A stretch of DNA of 63,360 nucleotides, filler included, from Choristocarpus tenellus KU-1152 (lineage: Eukaryota > Protista > Phaeophyceae), in assembly GCA_964200185.2 (NCBI GenBank). It is 10 parts of 10 records of this genome, joined end to end, with 100 filler letters (N's around TTAATTAATTAA, not from the genome) between each part and the next. Parts side by side here need not be neighbours in the genome. Positions count along the whole stretch, not along the records: positions 60,452 to 63,360 come from CAXNAD020023728.1; 9 more parts are not named here. One strand, written 5' to 3'. The notes below the pieces were generated by a model, which saw nothing but the letters and a program-made list of their open reading frames with translations, did no database searches and had not been told where the DNA came from. Below are positions 63,285 to 63,360 of this stretch, in pieces. The translations under genes and the position numbers were made by a program. Position 1 is the first letter of the stretch. Each line of letters begins with the position of its first letter.

Positions 63285-63360
63285 GAGCCAAAGTATCTTA
63301 GAGGGTAGAGCCGCGTCCATTTGGGGCCAAAATTCAATTTTGCCATTTTGATGTAGTTTT
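63285..63360 (+). mobile_element. MITE family A, cut by window end
   Basis: GAGCCAAAGTATCTTAGAGGGTAGAGCCGCGTCCATTTGGGG. Confidence 0.88.

Overview
Eukaryotic, intron-rich DNA. Style and CCCTAA repeats suggest a stramenopile or other protist, but this is inference only. The window is 10 contigs joined by nine 100-nt N-TTAATTAATTAA-N linkers, so adjacency across linkers is not biological evidence. Spliced genes rebuilt by hand: a cyclophilin with extensions, an N-myristoylated EF-hand protein, the 5' part of a prenylcysteine oxidase, an L-xylulose-reductase-like SDR, the 5' part of a PP2C, an isolated IQ-motif exon, and a tRNA-Pro(AGG). A divergent actin-related gene is present as fragments on both strands. 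The last contig holds an intron-containing gene that resembles a beta-class N4/N6 DNA methyltransferase with degenerate catalytic motifs; this is the top candidate for novelty. Intergenic and intronic DNA is dense in at least four MITE families that share G(A/G)(G/C)(C/T)CAAAG termini and show mixed 3- and 4-bp target-site duplications. It also holds decayed copia, gypsy and CRE/RLE-type retroelement remnants and several mini- and microsatellites. All protein family calls rest on motif recognition by eye; no database searches were run.
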